Positions 1 through 9,553 are shown, counted from the first letter of the stretch. The stretch is 53,458 nt of DNA from Ruminococcus sp. UBA1780 (GCA_002315235.1 DCGK01000095.1:1-53458); one strand, 5' to 3'. Numbers and translations: made by a program. Notes: generated by a model from the sequence alone, not told the origin.

Positions 1-1
1 C

Positions 2-127
2 GTAGCGCTCAAGAGATTCTTACTCCTTGCTGATACAAAGAAACCGGCAAACGGTGATATCAGCGGTGACGGAAACATCAACTCACAGGATATGATTCTC
101 CTCGTTAAGCACCTTCTTTCAAAGTAA
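2..127 (+). CDS. 3' end of a dockerin-bearing protein (partial, truncated by window start)
   Basis: Frame 2 reads VALKRFLLLADTKKPANGDISGDGNINSQDMILLVKHLLSK*: Ca-binding loop DISGDGNINSQD plus helix, closely matching the C-terminal dockerin of the next gene. Confidence 0.85.
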   Translation, partial: VALKRFLLLADTKKPANGDISGDGNINSQDMILLVKHLLSK

Positions 128-165
128 TCCTCTGATTACAGATATGTTTAACAGATAAAACAATC

Positions 166-199
166 AGACCGGAACGGCTCAGGCTGTTCCGGTCTTTTG
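166..199 (+). terminator. Intrinsic terminator
   Basis: Stem AGACCGGAACGGC / GCTGTTCCGGTCT with 4-nt loop followed by T tract. Confidence 0.75.
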
Positions 200-430
200 T
201 ATATGATTTGAAAATGAAAACTGCATTAATGTTAACAAATTTTTTAAAAAAGTATACAACTTCAAAAAAAATTCAAAAAAATAATAAATTAAATTTCAAA
301 ATAGACTATACAACCATGAAAAAATATTGTATAATATATTTAAGAGTAAATTTTTTGAGATTTATCCAACTCGCTATTGCTGAGGACGCAGTCCGGATGC
401 AGTAAATTTATAACATGGAGGGTGTTAAAA

Positions 431-3127
431 TTGTCAAGAAAAATTAAAAGAACAGTAGCCAGCACATTAGCTCTTGCTATGATGGCAGGCAGCGTAAACG
501 CTATGCCTTCAGTACAGTTTTCATCAATTGTACAGGCAGCAGATGCAGGCGCAACAGTTTCAGTTAAGTTAGCTGATGCTTCACAGACAACTGTAAAGCC
601 AGGCGATACAGTTAAGGTTATTACAGAAGTAACAAACAACAATGATGGTTTCTGCGCACTTGTTGCATGGCTCAGCTACAACAAGAAGGCATTCCAGTTC
701 GTATCATGGGAACAGGAAGACAAGAAAATCAACAAGCTTATCGAACCATCACAGTCAGATGATGCAGAAGCTAAGAACAAGGCATACACAAATCCTGATG
801 CCAATATCGGTACAGTAGTTCAGCTTTATACAGACTCAAAGAACTACACAGGTGATCTCAAGTTCTCAGTTGTAACATTCAAGGTTCTCGACAGCGCAGC
901 TGACGACGAATACGAATTTACACTCGGCGGTGACCCTGTTCTTCAGGACGGCTTAAAGACAGCTGACCAGAACAGATATGACGCTGACAAGAACGTAGTT
1001 GAACTTACACCAAACTATGTTCCGCTTAAGATCAAGGTTTCAAAGGACGGCTCACAGCCTGCAGAAACAACACCTGCAGTAACAACAGCTGCTCCTTCAG
1101 ATTCAAGCAAGCCAGCAGAAACAACAGCAGCACAGCCTGCAGAAACAAAGCCAGCAGAAACAACAGCAGCTGCAGTTGTAAATCCAAATGCAATTCAGGT
1201 AGGTTTTGAAAACATCACAGCTAAGGCTGGTGATACAGTTACAATCAACCTCAAGGCAGCAAATGCAGGCAAGGGCTTCTCAGCAATGCAGTTTGACTAC
1301 GAAATGGACAAGTCATTCACATTTGTTGATTCTTACTCAGAATTTGGTAACTGGACAATCGGTGAAGTAGAAAGATCACTTCAGTTCCTCCAGGAAAAGG
1401 GTAACAACGTAACAGCTGAAGCACTTGAGGGTGAAGATAACGTAATCGGTGAAATCGATCTTGAAATCCCGGCAGGTACACCGGACGGTGTATACCCAAT
1501 CGTTCTCAAGAACATTGAAGGTTCTGTATATGATACAGAAGCTAAGAAGCAGCAGAAGCTTACTTCTGAAGCTTTCCAGGCAGTAGCTGGTACAATCACA
1601 ATCGGTGATGCTCCGACAACAACAAAGCCGGACGTAACAGAAGTTAAGCCTGCACAGACAACAGCTGTTTCAGCTGAAGTAACAGACACTCCAGTTAAGG
1701 CTGAACAGCCGGTTGACAGCGCAAACGTTGCAGGCGGTATCAAGGGACCTAAGGTTGACGCTGGTAAGTACGTTGTAGAACCAGGTGAAGAATTCAACGT
1801 TCAGATCAAGGTTTCTGACAATGACGGCGGTTTCAACGGCCTTAATGCATGGCTCGATATCGATACAAACATTTTCGAAATTATCGGCGACGTTCAGAAG
1901 GGTGACCCTTCTGATCCTAACAACAAGAAGTCTAACGCAAGCAAGTTCACAACAACAAACCGTTATCATAAGGCAACTGCTGCTGAAGGTGTTGACACAG
2001 CAATTGCAATGTACTCTGATACAAAGAATACAACAGGTGACATGATTCTTGCAACTGTTACACTTAAGGTTAAGGACGGCGTTAAGAACGGTTACTACAC
2101 ACTCCCATTCGACGCAGTTGCTGAAAAGGGTGCTATGGGTAACAGAATTGCTGCTGACAAGTCTATCACAATTCTTAACCCTACATACTATGGTGCATTA
2201 ATTCAGGTTGGCAAGGATGTTGCTACAGACCCTAAGGAAACAACAGCAGCTCCTGTAACAACACCAGCTGTACAGGCAACAACACCTGCAGTAACAAAGG
2301 GCGAAGAAGAACAGGCACCGGGACAGGGAATCAATGTTGGATTTGAAGATATCAAGGCTAATGCTGGTGAAACTGTAACAATTCTCCTTAAGGCTAAAAA
2401 GTTAGGCGACGGCTTCTCAGCAATGCAGTTTGACTACGAAATGGATAAGACATTCAAGTTCGTTGATTCTTATTCAGAATTCGGTAACTGGACAATCGGT
2501 GAAGTAGAAAGATCACTTCAGTTCCTCCAGGAAAAGGGTAACAACGTAACAGCTGATGGTGCTGCTGCAGTTGATGATGTAATCGGTGAATTCGATCTCG
2601 AAATTCCTGAAGGCACACCTGACGGCAAGTATCCTATCACACTTAAGAACTTCCAGGGTTCTGTATACAGTGCTGATGCCAAGAAGCAGCTCAAGCTCGG
2701 CGCAGACGGATTTACAGGTCTTGTAGGTTACGTAATCGTTGGTGAAGTTCCGGATGAAACAACAGCTAAGCCAGCTGAAACAACAGCTAAGCCGGCTGAA
2801 ACAACACCGGCAGCAACAACAGAAGCAAAGCCAGTTGAAACAACACCGGCAGCAACAACAGCAAAGCCAGCTGAAACAACACCGGCAGCAACAACAGAAG
2901 CAAAGCCAGCTGAAACAACACCAGCAGTAACAACAGAAGCTGAACCAGCAGGTCCTGTAAAGGGTGACGTTGATAACAACGGCGTTGTTAATGCAAGAGA
3001 TATGATTGCTCTCAAGAGATTCTTACTCTTAGTTGATGCTAAGGCTCCTGAAAACGCTGACGTAAACGGCGATAAGGCAATCAACTCAATCGATATGGTA
3101 CACCTTATTAAGGTACTTCTCGGTTAA
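431..3127 (+). CDS. Cellulosomal scaffoldin: signal peptide, four cohesin-like domains, Pro/Thr/Ala linkers, C-terminal dockerin
   Basis: TTG start at 431 after GGAGGGTG RBS; Sec signal; four 140-165 aa beta-rich modules (about 551-1044, 1187-1606, 1745-2212, 2327-2746); dockerin GDVDNNGVVNARD...ADVNGDKAINSID. Confidence 0.85.
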   Translation: MSRKIKRTVASTLALAMMAGSVNAMPSVQFSSIVQAADAGATVSVKLADASQTTVKPGDTVKVITEVTNNNDGFCALVAWLSYNKKAFQFVSWEQEDKKINKLIEPSQSDDAEAKNKAYTNPDANIGTVVQLYTDSKNYTGDLKFSVVTFKVLDSAADDEYEFTLGGDPVLQDGLKTADQNRYDADKNVVELTPNYVPLKIKVSKDGSQPAETTPAVTTAAPSDSSKPAETTAAQPAETKPAETTAAAVVNPNAIQVGFENITAKAGDTVTINLKAANAGKGFSAMQFDYEMDKSFTFVDSYSEFGNWTIGEVERSLQFLQEKGNNVTAEALEGEDNVIGEIDLEIPAGTPDGVYPIVLKNIEGSVYDTEAKKQQKLTSEAFQAVAGTITIGDAPTTTKPDVTEVKPAQTTAVSAEVTDTPVKAEQPVDSANVAGGIKGPKVDAGKYVVEPGEEFNVQIKVSDNDGGFNGLNAWLDIDTNIFEIIGDVQKGDPSDPNNKKSNASKFTTTNRYHKATAAEGVDTAIAMYSDTKNTTGDMILATVTLKVKDGVKNGYYTLPFDAVAEKGAMGNRIAADKSITILNPTYYGALIQVGKDVATDPKETTAAPVTTPAVQATTPAVTKGEEEQAPGQGINVGFEDIKANAGETVTILLKAKKLGDGFSAMQFDYEMDKTFKFVDSYSEFGNWTIGEVERSLQFLQEKGNNVTADGAAAVDDVIGEFDLEIPEGTPDGKYPITLKNFQGSVYSADAKKQLKLGADGFTGLVGYVIVGEVPDETTAKPAETTAKPAETTPAATTEAKPVETTPAATTAKPAETTPAATTEAKPAETTPAVTTEAEPAGPVKGDVDNNGVVNARDMIALKRFLLLVDAKAPENADVNGDKAINSIDMVHLIKVLLG
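2755..2945 (+). repeat. Tandem PAETT(PAATTEAK) linker repeats in the scaffoldin
   Basis: Repeated GAAACAACACCGGCAGCAACAACAG units encoding PAETTAK / PAETTPAATTEAK. Confidence 0.9.
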
Positions 3128-3169
3128 TTAATACATTAGTTGATTCAATTAACTGAATAAATATCATAA

Positions 3170-3205
3170 CCCCGGATGGTATTAAACCGTCCGGGGATAT
3201 TTTTT
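3170..3205 (+). terminator. Intrinsic terminator of the scaffoldin gene
   Basis: CCCCGGATGGT-attaa-ACCGTCCGGGG followed by ATATTTTTT. Confidence 0.75.
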
Positions 3206-3272
3206 GTCATGACGGAAGTTATACAGGCAGACTGTGTGCCAGGTCCGTCATACATGATTTAATCAGTGTTTC

Positions 3273-3319
3273 AAAAAAAGCACATCAAAGCTGCGTATAA
3301 ATGCATCTCTGATGTGCTG
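3273..3319 (-). terminator. Intrinsic terminator of the aro/DUF4364 operon
   Basis: Minus strand AGCACATCAGAG...CTTTGATGTGCT followed by T run. Confidence 0.65.
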
Positions 3320-3357
3320 AATTGCTGTAAACTTAAGGAACCACTGATTAAAAATGG

Positions 3358-3912
3358 TTATTCTTTTTCTGCTGGTATTCGCTTCTGAAGTGAATATTCG
3401 ATAAAGTCCTGATAGAAGGAGGATGGATTATCGCTTATACGTTCGCCGATGAGCTCTGCCTGGGTTCTGTTCTGAGTAAGGAGTCTGAATTCGACAAGAT
3501 TTCTGCTGCCGTCAGATATGCTGCAGCTGAGTACGCATCCTGAATCACTGTCTTCATAATCAAGGGAGAAGCTGGCGTTGCGCAGCTTGCGGGCCTTATA
3601 CTGAAGTGCAGCGTACATGATTCTGTTTCTGAAGGAGCGTTCAACATATGAAGAAAAGTCCTTTACAAACAGTTTTCCTTTTTCACTGAGTGAAAAGCAG
3701 GTGTTTCCTTCAGCGTCAACGTCCGAAAGTATAGTATCATTTACAAGAAGGTCTTCAATGGCTTCACTGTAATAGAAATGAGTAATTATTCCTGAGTTGA
3801 CAGCTATGTCATAAAGTTCATCTGAATTAATGCCTGTTTCCAGGTTGTGTATAAGATAGCAGATAAGAATCTTTACTGAATTAAGATCATTCGGCTGATA
3901 ATCGAATTCCAT
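3358..3912 (-). CDS. DUF4364-family protein (winged-helix-like N-terminus)
   Basis: 184 aa; KILICYLI..F YYSEAIEDL..LSEKGK pattern typical of this clostridial family; GGAGG RBS. Confidence 0.7.
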   Translation of the reverse strand: MEFDYQPNDLNSVKILICYLIHNLETGINSDELYDIAVNSGIITHFYYSEAIEDLLVNDTILSDVDAEGNTCFSLSEKGKLFVKDFSSYVERSFRNRIMYAALQYKARKLRNASFSLDYEDSDSGCVLSCSISDGSRNLVEFRLLTQNRTQAELIGERISDNPSSFYQDFIEYSLQKRIPAEKE

Positions 3913-3986
3913 TTTTTCCTCCTTTCAGCTTGCGAAGTTTCAGTAAAAGTAATAAACAGGTTATTTTACTGTAAACCAGGAACCGT

Positions 3987-5081
3987 TTATCTGAAGTTTG
4001 GATAGTCAAGCATGTGACTGAGAACTGCGAGGTTAACTGCGGCTTCGACACAAGGGACTGCACGTGGAACTATGCATGGATCATGTCTGCCCTTGATAGT
4101 GATTACATCGTTTGAAAGGTTTGTATAGTCGATTGTGTTCTGCGGCTGTGAAATGGAAGGTGTAGGTTTGATTGCAACCTTCAGTACAAGAGGCATTCCT
4201 GATGAAATACCGCCGAGAATACCGCCGTGGTTGTTTGTTCTGGTGAGGACATGTCCGTGATCATCAACGTAGAACTCGTCATTGTTCTGGCTGCCGAGAA
4301 GCTCGGCTGCTTTGAAGCCTATACCGAATTCGATTCCCTTTACTGCCGGAATGCCGAAAACAAGCTGTGAAATAGTGTTCTCAAGTCCGTCAAACATAGG
4401 TGAACCGATTCCTGCCGGAATGTTTATGGATGCACATTCGATAACACCGCCGAGAGAGTCAAGCGCCTTTCTTGCCTTGTCTGCATCGGCAATCATTTTC
4501 TTTCCTGCTTCATCGTCTATAACAGGGAATTCTTTTTTTCTGATATCAAGCAGCTCCTCACGGGTGATGTTTGTATATCTGAATTCCTTGTCCTTGATTC
4601 CGTGAATTGAAGCTATATGAGCGCCTGTGTAAATTCCGCGTCTTTCGAGAATCTGTGCACAGACTGCACCTGCAAATACGAGAGGAGCTGTAAGACGGCC
4701 TGAGAAATGGCCTCCGCCCCGTACATCGTTGAATCCCTGGTATCTTTTTGCACCTGTGTAGTCAGCGTGTCCCGGACGTGCAAGTGTCTGAACGTTCTTA
4801 TAGTCGTTTGAATGCTGGTCAGTGTTCTGGATTACAGCACAGAGAGGAGTTCCCGTTGTTCTGTTGTTGTAGAGGCCTGACATAATCTGAGGTATATCCT
4901 TCTCATTACGAGGAGTTGATGTTTTGTTTTTCTTAGGTGCTCTTCTGGACATGAACGCCATAATATCGTCCATGCGAATGTATTCTCCCGGCGGGAGATT
5001 ATCTATAACAACACCTATTCCGGCGCCGTGTGATTCTCCGAAAATTGAAATTGAGATACGGTTATTCCAAAGTGATGCCAT
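3987..5081 (-). CDS. aroC: Chorismate synthase
   Basis: GESHG, RPGHAD, GGHFSGRLT, KPTPSI, GRHDPC motifs. Confidence 0.97.
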   Translation of the reverse strand: MASLWNNRISISIFGESHGAGIGVVIDNLPPGEYIRMDDIMAFMSRRAPKKNKTSTPRNEKDIPQIMSGLYNNRTTGTPLCAVIQNTDQHSNDYKNVQTLARPGHADYTGAKRYQGFNDVRGGGHFSGRLTAPLVFAGAVCAQILERRGIYTGAHIASIHGIKDKEFRYTNITREELLDIRKKEFPVIDDEAGKKMIADADKARKALDSLGGVIECASINIPAGIGSPMFDGLENTISQLVFGIPAVKGIEFGIGFKAAELLGSQNNDEFYVDDHGHVLTRTNNHGGILGGISSGMPLVLKVAIKPTPSISQPQNTIDYTNLSNDVITIKGRHDPCIVPRAVPCVEAAVNLAVLSHMLDYPNFR

Positions 5082-6309
5082 TCTCTGTTTTTCCTCCTAA
5101 ATTTATGAAATCCTTAAGAAAATCAGGGTATGATTTTCTGATTGATTCGAATCCGAGTACTGTGAGTTTTCCTGAAGAAGCGGTCGAAGCAATTGCTGAA
5201 GCCATCGCTATACGGTGGTCATTAAAGCTGTCAACTGTTCCTCCGGTAAATCCGTCAACCGGGTGTATAACCAGTCCGTCGTCTGTTTTGTCAACTCTGC
5301 CGCCTATTCCGTTAATCATACGGGCTGTTGTGTCAAGACGGTCACTTTCCTTGATTTTGAGACGTTCAGCATTTGTAATGTGAACAGTGCATCCGGAAAG
5401 GGAACTGAGAACTGCAAGAGTAGGTACAAGATCAGGAATATCTGATGCGTTAATGTACATATCCTCAGAAACACCCGCTTTTTTATTATAGCATATACGT
5501 TCTGCTATTTCAATTATTTTCTTGTCTCCCTGCGCACTTTCGGATGTATCAGGGAGATTTGAAACAGTAACATTGTTTCCGATTGCATTTGCAGTGATGA
5601 AGAAAGCCGCCTGTGAAAAATCAGCTTCTGATGTGTAGTCAGCAGGGGAGTATTTCTGACCGCCCTTTATGCGGTACCCTGTTTCAGTTCTTTCGGCATG
5701 TACGCCGAAGGCTTTCATACAGCTGAGTGTAATATCCACGTACGGTTCTGACTGAAGCGGTGATGTGAGGATAATTTCGGAGTCCTCCTCACAGAGAGGA
5801 AGTGCGAGAAGAAGACCGGTAATAAACTGTGATGAGATATTTCCCTCAACGTGAAATGTTCCTCCGGAAAGCTTTCCGTGAACAGTAAAAGGCATTGTGC
5901 TGCTGTAGTCAAAGGTTATACCTTTGTCTGAAAGTTCTCTTATATAGATGTCAATCGGTCTTTCAGGGAGACGTCCTTTTCCGTAAAATGTGGATTCTGT
6001 ACCGAGAGCACATGCAACAGGGATTATGAAACGGAGAGTTGAGCCGCTTTCGTTGCATCTGAGGTCCGCTTTTTCTGACGGTTTGCCGATACCGTGAACA
6101 GTAATGAGGTTTTCCCCGGTCTCAAATGATGCACCAAGCTCGGTCAGAGTGTCTATAGTTGCATATATATCCTGTGACATGCTTATATCACGCACACAGG
6201 AAGTGCCTTCTGCAAGTGCTGCGCAGATAAGTGCTCTGTGTGAAACACTCTTGGAGGACGGTACTCTTACGGTACCTGAAAGCTTTTCCGGTAAAAATGT
6301 AATATCCAT
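5062..6309 (-). CDS. aroA: EPSP synthase
   Basis: PSSKSVSHR, NESGSTLRF, SSQFITGLL, KESDR, DHRIAM, KSYPDF; ATG at 6309 preceded by GGAGG. Confidence 0.96.
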   Translation of the reverse strand: MDITFLPEKLSGTVRVPSSKSVSHRALICAALAEGTSCVRDISMSQDIYATIDTLTELGASFETGENLITVHGIGKPSEKADLRCNESGSTLRFIIPVACALGTESTFYGKGRLPERPIDIYIRELSDKGITFDYSSTMPFTVHGKLSGGTFHVEGNISSQFITGLLLALPLCEEDSEIILTSPLQSEPYVDITLSCMKAFGVHAERTETGYRIKGGQKYSPADYTSEADFSQAAFFITANAIGNNVTVSNLPDTSESAQGDKKIIEIAERICYNKKAGVSEDMYINASDIPDLVPTLAVLSSLSGCTVHITNAERLKIKESDRLDTTARMINGIGGRVDKTDDGLVIHPVDGFTGGTVDSFNDHRIAMASAIASTASSGKLTVLGFESIRKSYPDFLKDFINLGGKTENGITLE

Positions 6310-6322
6310 AATCTGCCTCCGT

Positions 6323-7381
6323 TTAAGCTTCCATGAAAGCTCTGAAATCTTCAAAAGGCATCTTTTTAATAAAGGATGTGCCTATGCTGCTGCATATAAT
6401 TGCATTTATTGAAGTTGATTCGCATTTTTTGTCCTTGCTGCAGAGAGGGATGAGCCCGGAATACGGAGCATCAACTGTAAGAGGAAGTCTGTAGGAAGTG
6501 ATTACAGCGTCAAGCTTTTCAAGGGATTCCCTGTCACATTCACCGCTCTTTACTGCCTGCTCTGTAATCATGTGCATACCGGCAGCAACAGCATTTCCGT
6601 GAGTGTATGTTTCATAGTTGTAGTAGCTTTCAACTGCGTGACCAAGTGTATGACCGAAGTTGAGAAGCATTCTTTCGCCTCTGTCAAATTCGTCGTTCTC
6701 AACAACATCTCTTTTTATTGACACACAGCTACAGATAATGTCGTCAATATCATCAAAGTAGTCTTCGATGCTGTGTGAAGCGATGAGTTCAAATAGCTCG
6801 CTGCTTCTTATCATGCCATACTTAATAGCTTCTGCCATACCGTCAGAAACAATTTCCGGAGAAAGAGTCTTCAGTGTGAGCGGATCACAGATAACGAGCT
6901 CAGGCTGCTTGAATGCGCCTACGAGATTCTTTCCGCACGGAAGATCAATTGCAGTTTTTCCGCCTACAGAGCTGTCAATCTGAGCCAGAAGTGTGGTAGG
7001 AATCTGAATGAAGCTGAGTCCGCGGAGAAATGTGGCTGCAGCATAGCCTGTAATATCTCCGACAACACCGCCGCCGAGAGCTATGAGACTGTCAGCGCGT
7101 GTAATACCGTTTTCGGCAAGAAATCCGTAAATGCTGTTAAGAGTGTCTGAGCATTTTGATTTTTCACCGTGAGGAAATACAAACTTAACCACGCGGAATC
7201 CGGCAGCTTCAAGTGATGAGATTACTCTCTCGGAATATATAGCGTCAACATTGTCATCGGTAATGACAGCCGTGAATTTTGTTTTTGTAACTTCTGAAAC
7301 GAGTCTTCCGCATTCTGACAGGAGACCCTGTTCGATGAGAACTTCATACGGTTTCGAAGCTTTTACAGCAATTTTTTTCAT
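6323..7381 (-). CDS. aroB: 3-dehydroquinate synthase
   Basis: GGGVVGD, PTTLLAQIDSSVGGKT, KNLVGAF, LNFGHTLGHA motifs. Confidence 0.97.
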   Translation of the reverse strand: MKKIAVKASKPYEVLIEQGLLSECGRLVSEVTKTKFTAVITDDNVDAIYSERVISSLEAAGFRVVKFVFPHGEKSKCSDTLNSIYGFLAENGITRADSLIALGGGVVGDITGYAAATFLRGLSFIQIPTTLLAQIDSSVGGKTAIDLPCGKNLVGAFKQPELVICDPLTLKTLSPEIVSDGMAEAIKYGMIRSSELFELIASHSIEDYFDDIDDIICSCVSIKRDVVENDEFDRGERMLLNFGHTLGHAVESYYNYETYTHGNAVAAGMHMITEQAVKSGECDRESLEKLDAVITSYRLPLTVDAPYSGLIPLCSKDKKCESTSINAIICSSIGTSFIKKMPFEDFRAFMEA

Positions 7382-7421
7382 TGGATAGATTTTCCTTTCA
7401 CCTGTTTACATATTTATGTTA

Positions 7422-7450
7422 ATTATACTATATAAATGCGGATAAGTCAA
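7422..7450 (-). promoter_or_regulatory. SigA promoter for aroB operon
   Basis: Minus strand TTGACT-17bp-TATAAT. Confidence 0.7.
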
Positions 7451-7475
7451 ACCAAATTGATGCATTAATGCAGTC

Positions 7476-7504
7476 TTGATTTATTTTCCGGCTGGTGGTA
7501 TAAT
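7476..7504 (+). promoter_or_regulatory. SigA promoter for yloC operon
   Basis: TTGATT-17bp-TATAAT with extended -10 TG. Confidence 0.7.
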
Positions 7505-7598
7505 AATATAATGAGTATACTGGAGTTGTATCGTTATTTGACGGAAAGTCAGATTGGTTTCTGACTCTATTTATTGAAAAAACAGAGGTGAATACAGC

Positions 7599-8477
7599 AT
7601 GATAAGAAGCATGACCGGTTTCGGACGCGACAGGATGACGCTTAACGGCAGGGATATTCTTGTTGAAATAAAATCCGTAAACCACAGGTACAATGAACTC
7701 AGCATCAAGCTTTCAAGAGCGTACACATATCTTGAGGAACCGCTGAAAAAACTTGTTCAGGACAGCATTTCACGCGGAAAAACTGAAGTATCAGTAACAA
7801 TTACAAATATTTCAGCTCCGGACACAGTTATCGATGTTAACACAGCACTTGCCAGAGGGTATGTTGATGCTCTGAGAAGAGCGAATGAAGAACTGGGCCT
7901 GATGGATGATCTTTCACTTTCAAGAATCACCCGTTTTCAGGATATTTTCACGGTTGTCAAGGCTGCTGACGATGAAGACCAGATATGGAATGACGTAAAG
8001 ACAGTTGCGGAATCAGCTCTTGGCATGTTTGTTTCAATGCGTGAAACAGAAGGCGTTAAGATGAAGGAGGATGTCCTTGGAAGACTCGAAACCATCGAAA
8101 AATGGGTTGGATTCATTGAGGAAAAATCACCTGAAACTGTGACTGCGTACAGGGAAAAACTTTTCGCAAAGCTTTCAGACCTTCTTTCGGACACCAGTAT
8201 TGACGAGCAGCGCATCCTTACAGAGGCGGCGATATTTTCCGAAAAGACGGCAGTTGATGAGGAGACAGTGAGACTCAGAAGCCACATTGCTCAGTTCCGC
8301 AGCCTTCTTGCCACAGAAAGCATCGTCGGAAGGAAGCTTGATTTTCTTATTCAGGAGATGAACAGGGAAGCCAATACTACCGGCTCAAAGGCACAGAATC
8401 TCGATATCACAAGGACTGTTATTGATATCAAGTCAGAGATTGAGAAAATACGCGAACAGATTCAGAATATCGAATAA
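7599..8477 (+). CDS. yloC: YicC/YloC family endoribonuclease
   Basis: MIRSMTGFGR start, KSVNHRY, GRKLDFLIQEMNREANT..SK, EKIREQIQNIE end. Confidence 0.95.
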   Translation: MIRSMTGFGRDRMTLNGRDILVEIKSVNHRYNELSIKLSRAYTYLEEPLKKLVQDSISRGKTEVSVTITNISAPDTVIDVNTALARGYVDALRRANEELGLMDDLSLSRITRFQDIFTVVKAADDEDQIWNDVKTVAESALGMFVSMRETEGVKMKEDVLGRLETIEKWVGFIEEKSPETVTAYREKLFAKLSDLLSDTSIDEQRILTEAAIFSEKTAVDEETVRLRSHIAQFRSLLATESIVGRKLDFLIQEMNREANTTGSKAQNLDITRTVIDIKSEIEKIREQIQNIE

Positions 8478-8486
8478 GGCACATAT

Positions 8487-8744
8487 ATGAAACTTATTAA
8501 TGTCGGATACGGTAACATGATTTCATCAGACCGTTTGATAGCAATCGTCAGTCCGGAGTCTGCTCCGGTCAGACGAATTATACAGGACTCAAGGGATAAC
8601 GGCGTTCTTATCGATGCCACATGCGGCAGAAGAACCAGGGCTGTTCTTGTAATGGACAGCGGTCACGTTATTCTTTCTGCAGTCCAGCCTGAAACAATGG
8701 CGCTCAGATGCAGCGGCGAGAAAGGAAATGAAACAGATGGATAA
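8487..8744 (+). CDS. remA: RemA/DUF370 family regulator
   Basis: [37 protein letters not shown]; position between yloC and gmk. Confidence 0.9.
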   Translation: MKLINVGYGNMISSDRLIAIVSPESAPVRRIIQDSRDNGVLIDATCGRRTRAVLVMDSGHVILSAVQPETMALRCSGEKGNETDG

Positions 8745-9342
8745 GGGTATTCTTATTGTTCTGTCCGCTCCTTCCGGATGCGGAAAAGGTACAATTCTTG
8801 CAGAAGTACTGAAGGATGAAAAGTTCTTTTATTCCGTTTCAGCAACAACCAGGTCACCAAGACCCGGTGAGACTGACGGTGTAAACTATCATTTTCTCAG
8901 TAAGGAACAGTTCGAGGAGCTTATTTCCACAGGAGGCATGCTTGAGTATGCTCAGTACTGTGATAATTACTACGGAACTCCAAGAGACAAGGTAACAGAA
9001 AAGCTTAATGAAGGCAGACATGTTATTCTCGAAATTGAAGTACAGGGTGCGATGCAGATAAGGGAAAAATGCCCTGACGCTGTTTTCGTGTTCATTGCTC
9101 CTCCTTCAGTCGGTGAACTTAGAAACAGACTTGTAAACAGAGGAACAGAAACCATCGACGTTATTGAAAAGCGTGTTTCGGAGGCGGCACATGAAATAAG
9201 CTTTGCTCCGAAGTATGACTACGTTATCGTAAATGACGTGCTGGAGACAGCGATTGATGATTTCCGCTCAGTTATACGCGCTGAGGAACTTAAGGCTATA
9301 AACCAGAAAAATATTATTGATGAGGTGCTTAAAAATGCTTAG
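8728..9342 (+). CDS. gmk: Guanylate kinase
   Basis: [10 protein letters not shown]-loop, [24 protein letters not shown]. Confidence 0.96.
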   Translation: MKQMDKGILIVLSAPSGCGKGTILAEVLKDEKFFYSVSATTRSPRPGETDGVNYHFLSKEQFEELISTGGMLEYAQYCDNYYGTPRDKVTEKLNEGRHVILEIEVQGAMQIREKCPDAVFVFIAPPSVGELRNRLVNRGTETIDVIEKRVSEAAHEISFAPKYDYVIVNDVLETAIDDFRSVIRAEELKAINQKNIIDEVLKNA

Positions 9343-9553
9343 ACCAGCTATTACACAGATAATCACAAAGAACGAAAGTTACTATTCACTCGTTATCGGC
9401 GTTGCAAAGAGAGCAAGATCAATTGCTGATGACCTTTATGACAAGGGTGAAATACTTAAGGAAAAGCCTGTAAAGACTGCTGTTGAAGAATTTGCAAGCG
9501 GAAAGTACAAAATCATCGAACACACAGAGCAGGAAACAGCAGAAAACTGCTGA
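9335..9553 (+). CDS. rpoZ: RNA polymerase omega subunit
   Basis: MLRP..SYYSLVIGVAKRAR..KPVKTAVEE; ATG at 9335 after GAGGTG; gmk-rpoZ synteny. Confidence 0.9.
   Translation: MLRPAITQIITKNESYYSLVIGVAKRARSIADDLYDKGEILKEKPVKTAVEEFASGKYKIIEHTEQETAENC

Noticed and set aside
208-405. 65-aa Lys/Asn-rich ORF upstream of the scaffoldin
   Set aside because: AT-rich promoter DNA, no convincing RBS
340-3084. Antisense and off-frame ORFs over the scaffoldin (340-642, 1381-1797, 2728-3084, 2739-2930)
   Set aside because: Shadow ORFs from biased codon use and linker repeats
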